NCBI GenBank assembly: GCA_051439505.1
Contig: JBFRWI010000169.1
Location: forward strand, 1 to 18,076
Direction of reading: 5' to 3'
From: Hormoscilla sp.
GTDB taxonomy: Bacteria; Cyanobacteriota; Cyanobacteriia; Cyanobacteriales; Desertifilaceae
DNA length: 18,076 nt
Shown here: piece after piece, positions 1 through 10,728 of the stretch
How the letters are laid out: each line of letters starts with the position of its first letter
How positions within the stretch are numbered: the first letter of the stretch is position 1
The notes under the pieces: generated by a model
The model's database searches: none
The model's input: only the letters and a program-made list of their open reading frames with translations
What the model was told of the DNA's origin: nothing
Made by a program: the position numbers and the translations under genes

Positions 1-141
1 TCATTCCCCTTCGGAATAGATTGACTATTAATCACGATTAGATATAGCTCAGACTTAAATTATAAGTCTAGATTATCAATTGAATAAAATAATATGTCTC
101 AAATTCTTGGAATTTGGTCAGCTTTTGCGTACCTAATAATG

Positions 142-189
142 ATAGAGTTATATCAATGAGAGATAAAATGGTGATTGATATAACTCTAT
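142..189. promoter_or_regulatory. Perfect 16-bp inverted repeat upstream of sbtA (candidate operator or 5'UTR hairpin)
   Basis: ATAGAGTTATATCAAT (142-157) and its exact reverse complement ATTGATATAACTCTAT (174-189) with a 16-nt spacer, ending about 30 nt before the AAGGAGG RBS (221-227). The function is inferred. Confidence 0.5.
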
Positions 190-236
190 TCCATTAGCTC
201 CTGACCCCTAAGATTTGATTAAGGAGGAATTATAAC

Positions 237-1905
<1,669 letters not shown>

Positions 1906-2036
1906 TTCTAGATCTACGCCAATTAGTAGGACTGGCAGATGCGGCAGATAAACGTCTTGGCATCAGGCATAATAAATCACCATATCTAATATCTTTCAAT
2001 CTCCCATAGGGGCGGGCAACATCTCTTGCCCGATCG

Positions 2037-2119
2037 CCCGGTTTCTTTAAACCAAGAAACCGGGTTTCTACTACTCTATTGGCTAAGGAACAGATATGTT
2101 GTCAAGAAACCCGGTTTCC
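2037..2119. repeat. AGAAACC(G/C)GGTTTCT repeat doublet plus a half copy
   Basis: AGAAACCGGGTTTCT 2055-2069 and inverted AGAAACCCGGTTTCC 2105-2119 (35-nt spacer); half copy CCCGGTTTCT at 2037-2046. Same family as 16462-16744. Confidence 0.9.
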
Positions 2120-3961
2120 GAGCCCCATTGCCAACTTCTCCAAATTTTCTTTACGCCACTTAGCATCTGCCTTTCTATCTGTCCGCAACTCCAACACCCG
2201 CATGCCCTTTTCCGGCAGTGGGTTCAACCTTTGTTGAAGCTGTTCCCACCCGGCAATCAATTCATATTCTACATTATAAGTAGCACACAACTGGGCAAAG
2301 TCAATCTCCTGGGGCGTAGCAAAAAACTCTTCAAAGGGCGGATCGAATTGGGAGATGGGCAGCATCTCAAATATACCACCTCCCCGATTATTAATCAAGA
2401 CTATGGTCAAATGTCCCACCAGTTTATGGGATAGCAAAAATCCATTGGTATCGTGCAATAATGCTAAGTCTCCCGTTAGCATAACACAGGGTTGATGCCG
2501 ATGGGCAATTCCCAAAGCGGTAGATAAGGTGCCGTCAATGCCATTGGCACCCCGGTTGAAAAAGGGTTGAATTTCCAGATTGTTTGGTTTCCAGAAATAT
2601 TCTACATCCCTCACTGGCATGCTATTGGCAATAAATATCGGCGTTCCCGTCGGGAATATCTGGGATAGTAACCACGCTGCTTTCCCTTCAAATAAATGTT
2701 CTATCTTTGACATGGTTTTGTCTAAAGACTCTCGCACCTTTCTTTCGGCATCACGCCATGCTTTCAGGTAAGCAGAACTCACCCGAGAACATGACTCCAT
2801 CATGGCAGAGAGATTTTCTATTGATGTTCTTAAATGAATTGTTTTCCCATGAATGGGGTCGAGGTTGTGATGACTGGGGTCTATTACCCAAGTTTGCGGC
2901 TTTTTCCCTGTTAACCAGGCCCGCAGTTGCTTGCTGGTGGGAAAATCTCCAATCTGGATGACTGTTTCAGGGGCGAGTTTTTCTGCTAATTCTTCATTCC
3001 TCAAGATGATGTCGTAGGTGGATATTATATTATCATTCAGTTGGAGATAGTTCCTCACAGGTGATAGTCCTTCTGCTAATACTGGAAACTTTAATGCTTC
3101 CGAAAGATGGGCGATCGCCTGTACATACTCTTTCGCCCGCCTCGGTTGCGCTACCCCAGCAATAATTATCCCCCGATCCATCCCCACCATAAAGGGTGGG
3201 GGTGTGGTCTGCATTTGTTGCAACCAGGATCCCCCCCAAACCCCCCCTTGCAGAAGGGGGGGCTTTGAAGCCCCCCTTTTTAAGGGGGGTTTGGGGGGAT
3301 CCTGCGCCTGGGAGGGTCCATGAACAAAGCCCGCCTGGGCGGACTGTAGAGTTATTCCTGCGAAGAAATCATCCTCGGAAAGTTCTGATTGCAATGCTTC
3401 TGCTTCTGCTTGTGCGATCGGGGCAAGGGGGTCGCGAAATGGGACATTCAAATGCACAACTCCAGGAGTAGGAAACAGGGTACATTCCCAGGCATGAATT
3501 ACCGTTTGTCGCAGATATGCTAACATTTCCATTTCCAGGGATGGCAATGCTAACTCTGCTTGCCAGTTCGGGTAATTCCCATATAATTTTATTTGGTCGA
3601 TCGCCTGTCCAGCATGGCAGTGCCGCAGTTCCGGCGGGCGATCGGCTGTTAAAATCAATAGAGGTACTCGACTTTCTCGCGCCTCGATCGCTGCTGGATA
3701 AAAGTTCGCACCCGCCGTCCCCGAAGTACAAATTAATGCTACTGGCAATCCCGTGCTTTTGGCAATTCCCAGGGCAAAAAAGGCTGCCGATCGTTCGTCC
3801 AACACTGGTATCGCTTCTATTTGGGGGTTTTGGGCAAACGCTACCGTTAGGGGAGTCGATCGCGATCCCGGACAGGCGATCGCTGTTTTCAATCCCAGTC
3901 GCTTTAACGTTTCTACTAAAATTGAAGCCCAAAGAAAATTTACATTCCGGAAATCCAGCAT
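2102..3961 (-). CDS. menD: SEPHCHC synthase MenD (phylloquinone/menaquinone pathway) with an in-frame repeat-derived insertion
   Basis: Motifs CPGSRSTPL, DERSAAFFALG, CTSGTAGANFYPA, TADRPPEL, NSMPVRD, NRGANGIDG and the ThDP-binding GDLALLHDTNG..NNRGGGIF. Confidence 0.96.
   Translation of the reverse strand: MLDFRNVNFLWASILVETLKRLGLKTAIACPGSRSTPLTVAFAQNPQIEAIPVLDERSAAFFALGIAKSTGLPVALICTSGTAGANFYPAAIEARESRVPLLILTADRPPELRHCHAGQAIDQIKLYGNYPNWQAELALPSLEMEMLAYLRQTVIHAWECTLFPTPGVVHLNVPFRDPLAPIAQAEAEALQSELSEDDFFAGITLQSAQAGFVHGPSQAQDPPKPPLKRGASKPPLLQGGVWGGSWLQQMQTTPPPFMVGMDRGIIIAGVAQPRRAKEYVQAIAHLSEALKFPVLAEGLSPVRNYLQLNDNIISTYDIILRNEELAEKLAPETVIQIGDFPTSKQLRAWLTGKKPQTWVIDPSHHNLDPIHGKTIHLRTSIENLSAMMESCSRVSSAYLKAWRDAERKVRESLDKTMSKIEHLFEGKAAWLLSQIFPTGTPIFIANSMPVRDVEYFWKPNNLEIQPFFNRGANGIDGTLSTALGIAHRHQPCVMLTGDLALLHDTNGFLLSHKLVGHLTIVLINNRGGGIFEMLPISQFDPPFEEFFATPQEIDFAQLCATYNVEYELIAGWEQLQQRLNPLPEKGMRVLELRTDRKADAKWRKENLEKLAMGLGNRVS
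3200..3345 (-). mobile_element. Chimeric MITE/REP insertion inside the menD coding sequence
   Basis: 3200-3325 is the near reverse complement of the MITE at 13729-13881 (end GGGTGTGGTC-TGCATTTGTTG and the GGATCCCCCC..GGGGGGATCC hairpin at 3225-3304). 3319-3345 (CATGAACAAAGCCCGCCTGGGCGGACT) matches the repeat at 16790-16816. Confidence 0.85.
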
Positions 3962-4061
3962 TTTGATTCCTTAAAAACAAATTAAAATATTAACATTACC
4001 GGTGACTAGCGCTCCTCGCACTGCCAAAATATGGCAGATTTCTGTTGTGATTATATCAAAC

Positions 4062-4517
4062 TCATGTTCGGGATTTGAAATAAAATTTATATGGTGATTT
4101 AGATTCCAGGATAGTTTCGGCATCTTGCAATGCTTCTCTCGGCAGTTCTATTTCTATTGTCCTTGCAGGAGTCTCCACCAAAAGCCAGTAGTATTTTCTA
4201 ACTATCTTTTTTGGAAATGCTTTGACGATCGCATCCCAGGGAATCAACAGGGGTGGATGAAAAAAGGGATTTATCAACATCCAATAGGTTGTTGATAAAT
4301 AAATTCCCTCATCCAGGACCTCAATATTGAGAGTATTTCTATAATGCACCTTACCGATATGTCCACTTTGCCATATCCATTTTGAACAGTGGTGCCGTTC
4401 CTTTGTGCCATAAATATCTGCTAATTCTCTCCAACGGCTAACCCTAGATTCCACACAGCTTGCTATTAACGCTGCTATGTATATTATTATTGACTCGATG
4501 ATAAATTTGGTCATCAT
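4062..4517 (-). CDS. Hypothetical protein with N-terminal hydrophobic segment (151 aa)
   Basis: Fills the menF-menD gap on the same strand, starting 7 nt after the menF stop with GAGGAG upstream. AT-rich; no recognised family. Confidence 0.7.
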   Translation of the reverse strand: MMTKFIIESIIIYIAALIASCVESRVSRWRELADIYGTKERHHCSKWIWQSGHIGKVHYRNTLNIEVLDEGIYLSTTYWMLINPFFHPPLLIPWDAIVKAFPKKIVRKYYWLLVETPARTIEIELPREALQDAETILESKSPYKFYFKSRT

Positions 4518-4524
4518 TACTCCT

Positions 4525-5970
4525 CTAGACTAAAGCTTTCAACAATGCTTGAAATTTCAGCTTAATTTCTGCTAATTCTTTCTCCGGATCGGAACCGGCG
4601 ACTATCCCCGCACCCGCATATACTGTCGCCCGATCGCCCTCGATCAGGGCCGACCTAATTCCCACCACAAACTCACTATTTCCCCGTCCATCTACCCAAC
4701 CCAAGGGCGCGGCATATAAACCCCGATCGAAGCTTTCATACTTAGGTATTTCCTGACAGGCTATGCTAGTGGGGGTACCCGCCACCGCTGGCGTCGGATG
4801 TAATGCTGCTAGGATTTCCAAGGGATGCACTCCATCAGGCGTCTTCGCCTCGATCGGGGTCCATAGATGTTGGATATTCGCCAGTTTTCGTAACTTGGGC
4901 ATGGGCAATATTTCCGGCCTTAAGCCCAACCTGGATAAGCATCCTTTAATATAATCTATCACAAATTGATGTTCCCGTCTATCCTTTTCGCTAGCTAGTA
5001 AACTATTGCCCAACTTGACATCTGCCGATGTCGTTTCCCCCCGAGGGGCTGAACCTGCTAACGCCTCCGTCAATAGCTGCTGGTTCTCTATCCGCATTAA
5101 CCTCTCTGGCGTCGCCCCAATAAAACTCTTCCCTTCACCATTATTTACCATAAATATATGGCAATCACCGTACAGCCGCTGTAAATTATGCAGGACTTCA
5201 ATTACTGCAAATGGGACTTTAGCTTGAATCGCGATCGCATGGGCAATTACTATTTTCCTCAATTTTTCGGACCGAATTAATTCTAATGCTTCATCCACCG
5301 CCTGCTTAAATTTACCGTAATCCGATCCTATAGTTGGCAATATATGTCCTACCGGTTGATAGCAGACATGATTGCTAGCTAAACTGATTTTCTGCCAGTC
5401 CTGCCATAACTGTGAGGATATGCTGTTAAGATCGTCTACAGGAGAAATAGCTAAATTACTGACTAGGACACAGCGGTTACCGCTACAAGCTACCTGTAAA
5501 CGCGGTAAAAACACTGTTGCTGCCGGAAAAGCTGACCTTGACTGCTGTTCAAAAAACGTGAAGCTGCAAAAGAAATGGGGACCAGCAAATCGCAAATCTC
5601 GATCGCCAATGATAATGGTATTCGCCAGACATGTATGTATAAATTCTTGGGCTTTTATGAATCGCCCCGGCGACGTTATTTTGATACTTGTGGTAGCATC
5701 AATGGCCGCGATCGCCTCCCCGCCGCTTTCCCAGTAAAACTGGAGTCCATCCCCACGGGCGATCGCCGCTATTACCGCTAGAGGGTCTACTCGGGGAATC
5801 TCTTGCGATATGCTGATCGATATCGTACTATTTTTGGCGATCGCTGTTTCTTGATAACTTAACAGAAAATCTTGCAGAACCTTGGGGGAAGCAAATATAG
5901 AACCTCCTGACGTAGTGACGAAGGGAGGCTGAGATAATAACGTAAAGTTTTTTGAAGTTATGTCTGTCAC
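4525..5970 (-). CDS. menF: Isochorismate synthase MenF
   Basis: Chorismate-binding motifs KIVIAH, FIGATPERL, EALAGSAPRG, EKDRREHQFV, LANIQHLWTPI, LHPTPAVAG, RGLYAAPLGW, VGIRSAL and YAGAGIVAGSDP..E..EIKLK. Upstream of menD. The GTG start position is uncertain. Confidence 0.93.
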   Translation of the reverse strand: MTDITSKNFTLLSQPPFVTTSGGSIFASPKVLQDFLLSYQETAIAKNSTISISISQEIPRVDPLAVIAAIARGDGLQFYWESGGEAIAAIDATTSIKITSPGRFIKAQEFIHTCLANTIIIGDRDLRFAGPHFFCSFTFFEQQSRSAFPAATVFLPRLQVACSGNRCVLVSNLAISPVDDLNSISSQLWQDWQKISLASNHVCYQPVGHILPTIGSDYGKFKQAVDEALELIRSEKLRKIVIAHAIAIQAKVPFAVIEVLHNLQRLYGDCHIFMVNNGEGKSFIGATPERLMRIENQQLLTEALAGSAPRGETTSADVKLGNSLLASEKDRREHQFVIDYIKGCLSRLGLRPEILPMPKLRKLANIQHLWTPIEAKTPDGVHPLEILAALHPTPAVAGTPTSIACQEIPKYESFDRGLYAAPLGWVDGRGNSEFVVGIRSALIEGDRATVYAGAGIVAGSDPEKELAEIKLKFQALLKALV

Positions 5971-6222
5971 TATTAATAGCAGAACGGGGAACTAATATGT
6001 AGGATACAGGATAAGGGACGCGATCGCGATCGTGCATTAGCGATCGAAGTAGTGGGTCACTAGCAATGATACCAGAGAGATCTCTACTCTAGACCCCAGT
6101 CAAATGACTACCAGAATGGCCGCTACGAAACGGGAAACACCGAAACGCGACCGAATATTGATCCCAAATCAGCAGTATATTACTATATTATCAGTTCGGT
6201 AGAAAACAGGCGCAGGTGGTGA

Positions 6223-6263
6223 GGGGGGAGGATCCTTGTGCAACGGTCTACATGACCACACCC
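6223..6263 (+). mobile_element. Isolated right-end remnant of the GGGTGTGGTCA-TIR MITE
   Basis: GGGGGGAGGATCCTTGTGCAACGGTCTACATGACCACACCC resembles the right end of the 13729-13881 element (GGGGGGGATCCTCTACAACAAATGCATGACCACACCC). Confidence 0.65.
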
Positions 6264-6581
6264 ATCAGAGAAACCCACCCATACCGAACCTGGCATCGGG
6301 AGTACACTCAAGGGTTGCGTTACCACCGGCGTATGCGATCGGGGAGGTAAAAGCCCGACGCAGGCATGTAGAACATTTGCCATATCTACATTTTTTCGCG
6401 ATCGGACTGTGAGTCGCCGGTCGCCACCGCTGATGGCCCTCACGGGACGTGAGGAGTGACCTTCTCCACCGAAGGAGTTCTCCGTTGGGGATCTCTTTAA
6501 CGCAATCATGTAGTCGCGCTCCAGATCCAGGTTTCTGGGTTACGGTTGACAGGTAGCTAGATTATTGCCTGAAGAAAAAAC

Positions 6582-7361
6582 ATGACCTTAAATCCAAAAC
6601 ATATCCTATTGACCGCCCTCCTGTTGCTAGCACTGGGAGGTTCAATTGTTTTGAATTTTAGACTATATAATCGAGCCAAGCAGTATTACCTAGAACTCAA
6701 TGAAACGAGATTAGATCCTTTGGGCTTAAGCCACTACCCTATCAATCTCCAGCAATTGCCTAATGCGAATAAAATGCGGGTTATCTTCTTAGGGGACTCT
6801 AGAGCCGCTAGTTGGATAGCCCCTCAGCTCGATGGCTATAGGTTTATTAATCGTGGAGTGTGTTCCCAAACCTCGGTGCAGACGATCGGCAGGTTTGCCG
6901 AACATCTGGGTTTCTTGCAAGATGGTGATGTTGTGGTTATCCAGGTCGGTATTAACGATTTGAAAACTATTGCCTTGTTTCCAGAACGCCGACAGTCAAT
7001 TGTTGCTAATTGTAAAAATAATATTCAGGCAATTGTAGAAGCATCTAGGAAAAAAGGTGCTACGGTAATTGTTACGACAATATTTCCCGTGGGGGAAGTG
7101 CCATTGGAACGTAAACCGTTCTGGTCGGATGCGATAGATAGGGCCATTACCGATGTTAACGCTTACATTGAGACATTAGCTGAAGATGGAAGTCATCTAT
7201 TTGATGTCTTTTCTCTGCTGGCAGACAGTGAAGGCATGATGCAACAGCAGTATGCAAAAGATGAGCTACATTTAAATGAACGCGGCTACGCGATTCTCAA
7301 CCAGAAATTGGTACAAATACTTCTGACAATACAATCTCAGACAACCGACCCAGCGGGGTAA
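6582..7361 (+). CDS. SGNH/GDSL-family hydrolase with N-terminal membrane anchor or signal
   Basis: Block I FLGDSRA, block II NRGVCSQTS, block III QVGINDL, block V DELHLN; hydrophobic N-terminus. Confidence 0.9.
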   Translation: MTLNPKHILLTALLLLALGGSIVLNFRLYNRAKQYYLELNETRLDPLGLSHYPINLQQLPNANKMRVIFLGDSRAASWIAPQLDGYRFINRGVCSQTSVQTIGRFAEHLGFLQDGDVVVIQVGINDLKTIALFPERRQSIVANCKNNIQAIVEASRKKGATVIVTTIFPVGEVPLERKPFWSDAIDRAITDVNAYIETLAEDGSHLFDVFSLLADSEGMMQQQYAKDELHLNERGYAILNQKLVQILLTIQSQTTDPAG

Positions 7362-7538
7362 AGCGCCAGAACGGCAAAAATGTCGCATAGCAAATTGTTT
7401 ATGCATCACAGCTTATCTGCAGCGGTCATAACAGGCTGTAATCCCCTGGTGGCAACCCATCGGCAGCTATTCCATCGCTATTGGCAAAATGTGACTATAA
7501 TACATTAATTGGAAAAAACTAAACTGTGTGAGGATTGT

Positions 7539-10500
7539 ATGGAGAGAATACCAGGCACCCCAGAGCCAGATGAACTATTCGCTGGCATGGAAGACACCTT
7601 GGAGGGTGGAGCAGGGAACGACACCTTGGATGCGAGGGCAGGAGAAGGGGGCAACTTGCTGTTGGGCCAGGAAGGTGACGATATTCTCCTTGCAGGCAGC
7701 AACGATGTCCTCCGAGGAGGCCCGGGAAACGACCAGTTGTTTGGTGGAACTGGTGGCTCGACGTTGACTGGCGGACCAGGGGAAGATGGCTTGTGGATCA
7801 TCGATGGTGCATTGCCCGAAGAGATGCTGGAAGTTACGGACTTCGTGCAAGGAACGGATGTCCTGGGAATTCGCGGCTTTACTCTAGAGGAGGTCAAAGC
7901 TCTGAGAGTAGAGCAAATAGACGCCGATACGATGGTGACGCTGGATGGTGTGGAGATCGCCATCCTGCGGAATACAGTAGCTCGAACCCTGAAACGAGAT
8001 GATTTCGTGGTGCTGCCCGTACCAGAAGTTAGCCTCTCCCTAGATCCCGACAGCATTTTAGAAGGGGAGTCAACGACTCTGACCTTGAGTCTGTCTGCAC
8101 CAGCACCGGAGGGCGGTCTGGAAGTTGCTTGGACTGAACTGGACTCTGATGGTGCCCTCGGAGATATCGAACCTCTTCTAGAGGAAAGCACCAACATCGT
8201 CGAGTTTGAGGGATTGGTAGATGGGGACGTACCCATAGGATCGGTGGTCACGATCGCCCCTGGAGCCACGGAGGCCACAGTAGTATTCTCAGCGAACGAA
8301 GACGAAACCGAAGAGGACCCGGAAACCACCACCTACACCCTCCAACCAGGAGAGGGCTATATTGTCGATGCAGAAAACAGCAGCGATACCCTGACGATTA
8401 CCGATGAACCCATAGAGGGACTGGCGATCGGGCTCTCGCTAGAACCAAACAGTATCGCGGAAGGAGAGTCCACAACTATCACCTTTAGTTTGAGTGAGCC
8501 AGCACCAGAATCCGGTCTGGAAATTAGTTGGAGTGAGGAAGACTCCGATGAAGCCCTCGGAGATATCGAACTGCTGCTTTCGGAAAGCACCAACATCCTA
8601 GATTTTGAAGGATTGGCAGATGGGGACGTACCCACAGGGGCAGTAGCGACGATCGCCCCTGGAGCCATGTCGGCCACTGTAGTGATAGAGGCAACCCCAG
8701 ACTCAGAGGAAGAGGGCCCCGAAACCACTACCTACCGCCTCCAGCCAGGTTTCGGCTACATGGTCGATCCAGAAAACAGCAGCGAGACGCTGACGATTAC
8801 CGATGCACCAATAGAAGCAGACTCCCTACTGGATGAAATCCTAGAACGGGGCTTCCTGCGCGTAGCGGTGACTGGTGACTCGCCGGGATTTGACTTGTTT
8901 GACTCTAACGGTGAACTCCGTGGTATTACTGCTGATTTTAGTCGCGCCTTAGCGGTGGCATTGTTCGATGACCCGAATGCGATCGAGTATGTGGTCGGAG
9001 ACTTTAGCGATGGGTTTAGTCGGGTTGCCTCCAAGGAGGTGGATCTGGGAGGAACAACGCCCACTCAAAACGTGACTCGGGATGCCACTCTGGGGATAGA
9101 CTATTCACCGATTATCTTCTACGACGGTCAAGGGGTGCTGGTGCGTGCTGATAGCAGCATCACCGAATTGGCAGATCTCGATGCGCTCACGATCGGTGTG
9201 GCGGAAGGTACTACATCCGGACAAAATCTGGAAGATGCCTTGGACTCAGCAGGGGTAGAAGCGACGGTCTCGACTATATCATCACAAGACGAGCTGTTTG
9301 CCGCATATGATGCAGGCGATCTGGACGCGGTATCTATAGATCGGGGCATTATCAGCGGTCGTCTTCCCCAGTTGGAGAATTCCAGCAATCACCGGCTCCT
9401 CTCGGAGGTCCTCTCCAAGGAACCTCTGGGTTTGGTACTTCCCGAGAATGAATCAGAATTCGCTGATGTGGTGCGCTGGGTCGTATATACCACATTTCAA
9501 GCAGAAGAGTTTGGCATTACTTCGGAAAATGTCGATGAATTCCTCGATAGCGACGACCCTGCTATCCGCCGCTTCTTAGGTGTGGAAGGAAATTTAGGTG
9601 AAGCTTTGGGTCTAGAAAATGACTTTACAGAGCAGGTGATATCGTCGGTAGGCAACTACGAGGAAATATACTTTAAAAACTTCCGAAGAAGGCAAGATGT
9701 GTTCCCTCGCGGCTTGAATCGGATCTGGAGTGAAGGTGGTCTGATCTATTCTCCTCCCTTCTCCGGGACTCCTCCGGAGGATGTGACATTAGAGGATAAC
9801 GACGATCGCAATGTCTTGGAGGAAGTATTAGATCGGGGTTTTGTACGGGTCGGCATCAATGGGGATCTTCCTGGGTTCAGCCAACTGGTAAACGACGAAT
9901 TCGTAGGAGTTGATGCTGATTATGGTCGGGCGATCGCGGCTGCGGTGTTTGGGGACCCCGAGGCAGTGGAGTTTGTGGTTCAGGAACGGTCCGATCGGTT
10001 TAGCGATGTGGCCAATGGCATAGTAGATGTGACCAGCCATGCAGCTACCCATAATCTAGTTCGCGATGCCGTGCTTGGGGTAGATTTTGCGCCTGTCTAT
10101 CTTTTCGACGGTCAAGTTGTATCGGCTCCAATTGACAGTGACATCGACTCGTTGGAGGATCTGGAAGGTCGCTCCCTCGGAGTGTTTGCTGGTACGACCT
10201 CCGAACAGAATATCATAGAAGTCTTGGATGAACTTGACATTACCGTTGACTTAGTCACCTTCGACAGCGGGATCGCACTAAATGAGGCCTATCAAAATGG
10301 TGAAGTTGATGCGGTTACTGGTGATGGCAGCTTCATCCAGGGACTGGCTTTAAGTGTACCTCCTGAAGAACGTATTCCTTCACGCCCGATCGCCACAGGG
10401 TTATCAAAAGAACCTTTGGCGATGGCAGTGGATGAAAATCAGTCCGAGTGGAAGGATGTGGTCTCTTGGACAGTGTATGCTACTATCCAAGCAGCAGAGT

Positions 10501-10721
10501 GGGGCATTACCTCGGAAAATGTCGAGGACTTCCTTGATAGCGACGATGCAGCTATCCGGCGCTTCTTGGGAGTGGAAGGTAATTTAGGAGAAGGTCTGGG
10601 TCTATCTAACGACTTCGTGGTAGACGTGATCTCAGCCTTCCCCTTCCCCGATGCACCCCCCCCGATCGGCAACGATCTCTTTACCGATGGCGGTCTGCAA
10701 TATTCTCCTCCCTTCGCATAA
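7539..10721 (+). CDS. Multidomain acidic protein: RTX-type Ca-binding repeats + 2 Calx-beta-like repeats + 2 tandem polar amino-acid ABC substrate-binding domains (AapJ/BztA-like)
   Basis: GGAGNDTL, GQEGDDIL, GGPGNDQL and GGPGEDGL nonapeptides; two 133-aa beta-rich acidic repeats; two SBP_bac_3-like domains (RGFLRVAV..PGF, GTTS, SKEPLG, W..Y....AEE.GITSENV, IRRFLG.EG.LG..LGL, GGL.YSPPF). ATG 7539 has a GAGGA RBS and a TATAAT at 7496-7501, so it is preferred over TTG 7509. Confidence 0.88.
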   Translation: MERIPGTPEPDELFAGMEDTLEGGAGNDTLDARAGEGGNLLLGQEGDDILLAGSNDVLRGGPGNDQLFGGTGGSTLTGGPGEDGLWIIDGALPEEMLEVTDFVQGTDVLGIRGFTLEEVKALRVEQIDADTMVTLDGVEIAILRNTVARTLKRDDFVVLPVPEVSLSLDPDSILEGESTTLTLSLSAPAPEGGLEVAWTELDSDGALGDIEPLLEESTNIVEFEGLVDGDVPIGSVVTIAPGATEATVVFSANEDETEEDPETTTYTLQPGEGYIVDAENSSDTLTITDEPIEGLAIGLSLEPNSIAEGESTTITFSLSEPAPESGLEISWSEEDSDEALGDIELLLSESTNILDFEGLADGDVPTGAVATIAPGAMSATVVIEATPDSEEEGPETTTYRLQPGFGYMVDPENSSETLTITDAPIEADSLLDEILERGFLRVAVTGDSPGFDLFDSNGELRGITADFSRALAVALFDDPNAIEYVVGDFSDGFSRVASKEVDLGGTTPTQNVTRDATLGIDYSPIIFYDGQGVLVRADSSITELADLDALTIGVAEGTTSGQNLEDALDSAGVEATVSTISSQDELFAAYDAGDLDAVSIDRGIISGRLPQLENSSNHRLLSEVLSKEPLGLVLPENESEFADVVRWVVYTTFQAEEFGITSENVDEFLDSDDPAIRRFLGVEGNLGEALGLENDFTEQVISSVGNYEEIYFKNFRRRQDVFPRGLNRIWSEGGLIYSPPFSGTPPEDVTLEDNDDRNVLEEVLDRGFVRVGINGDLPGFSQLVNDEFVGVDADYGRAIAAAVFGDPEAVEFVVQERSDRFSDVANGIVDVTSHAATHNLVRDAVLGVDFAPVYLFDGQVVSAPIDSDIDSLEDLEGRSLGVFAGTTSEQNIIEVLDELDITVDLVTFDSGIALNEAYQNGEVDAVTGDGSFIQGLALSVPPEERIPSRPIATGLSKEPLAMAVDENQSEWKDVVSWTVYATIQAAEWGITSENVEDFLDSDDAAIRRFLGVEGNLGEGLGLSNDFVVDVISAFPFPDAPPPIGNDLFTDGGLQYSPPFA
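8022..8819 (+). repeat. Internal tandem duplication with a 399-bp period (two Calx-beta-like domains)
   Basis: CTCTCCCTAGATCCCGACAGC at 8034 vs CTCTCGCTAGAACCAAACAGT at 8433. The protein repeats LSL.P.SI.EGESTT..GDIE.LL.ESTNI..FEGL.DGDVP..TIAPGA..PETTTY.LQPG.GY.VD.ENSS.TLTITD. Confidence 0.92.
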
Positions 10722-10728
10722 GGAAAAT

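Noticed and set aside
6183..6509. 108-aa minus-strand ORF, or an ncRNA, in the menF-SGNH intergenic region
   Set aside because: No recognisable motif, and it runs through a MITE remnant. The small hairpins (for example CCTTCTCCACCGAAGG) are not enough to call an RNA.
7490..7504. NtcA site upstream of the binding-protein gene
   Set aside because: TGT-N9-ACA does not fit GTA-N8-TAC; it is better read as a TATAAT -10 element.
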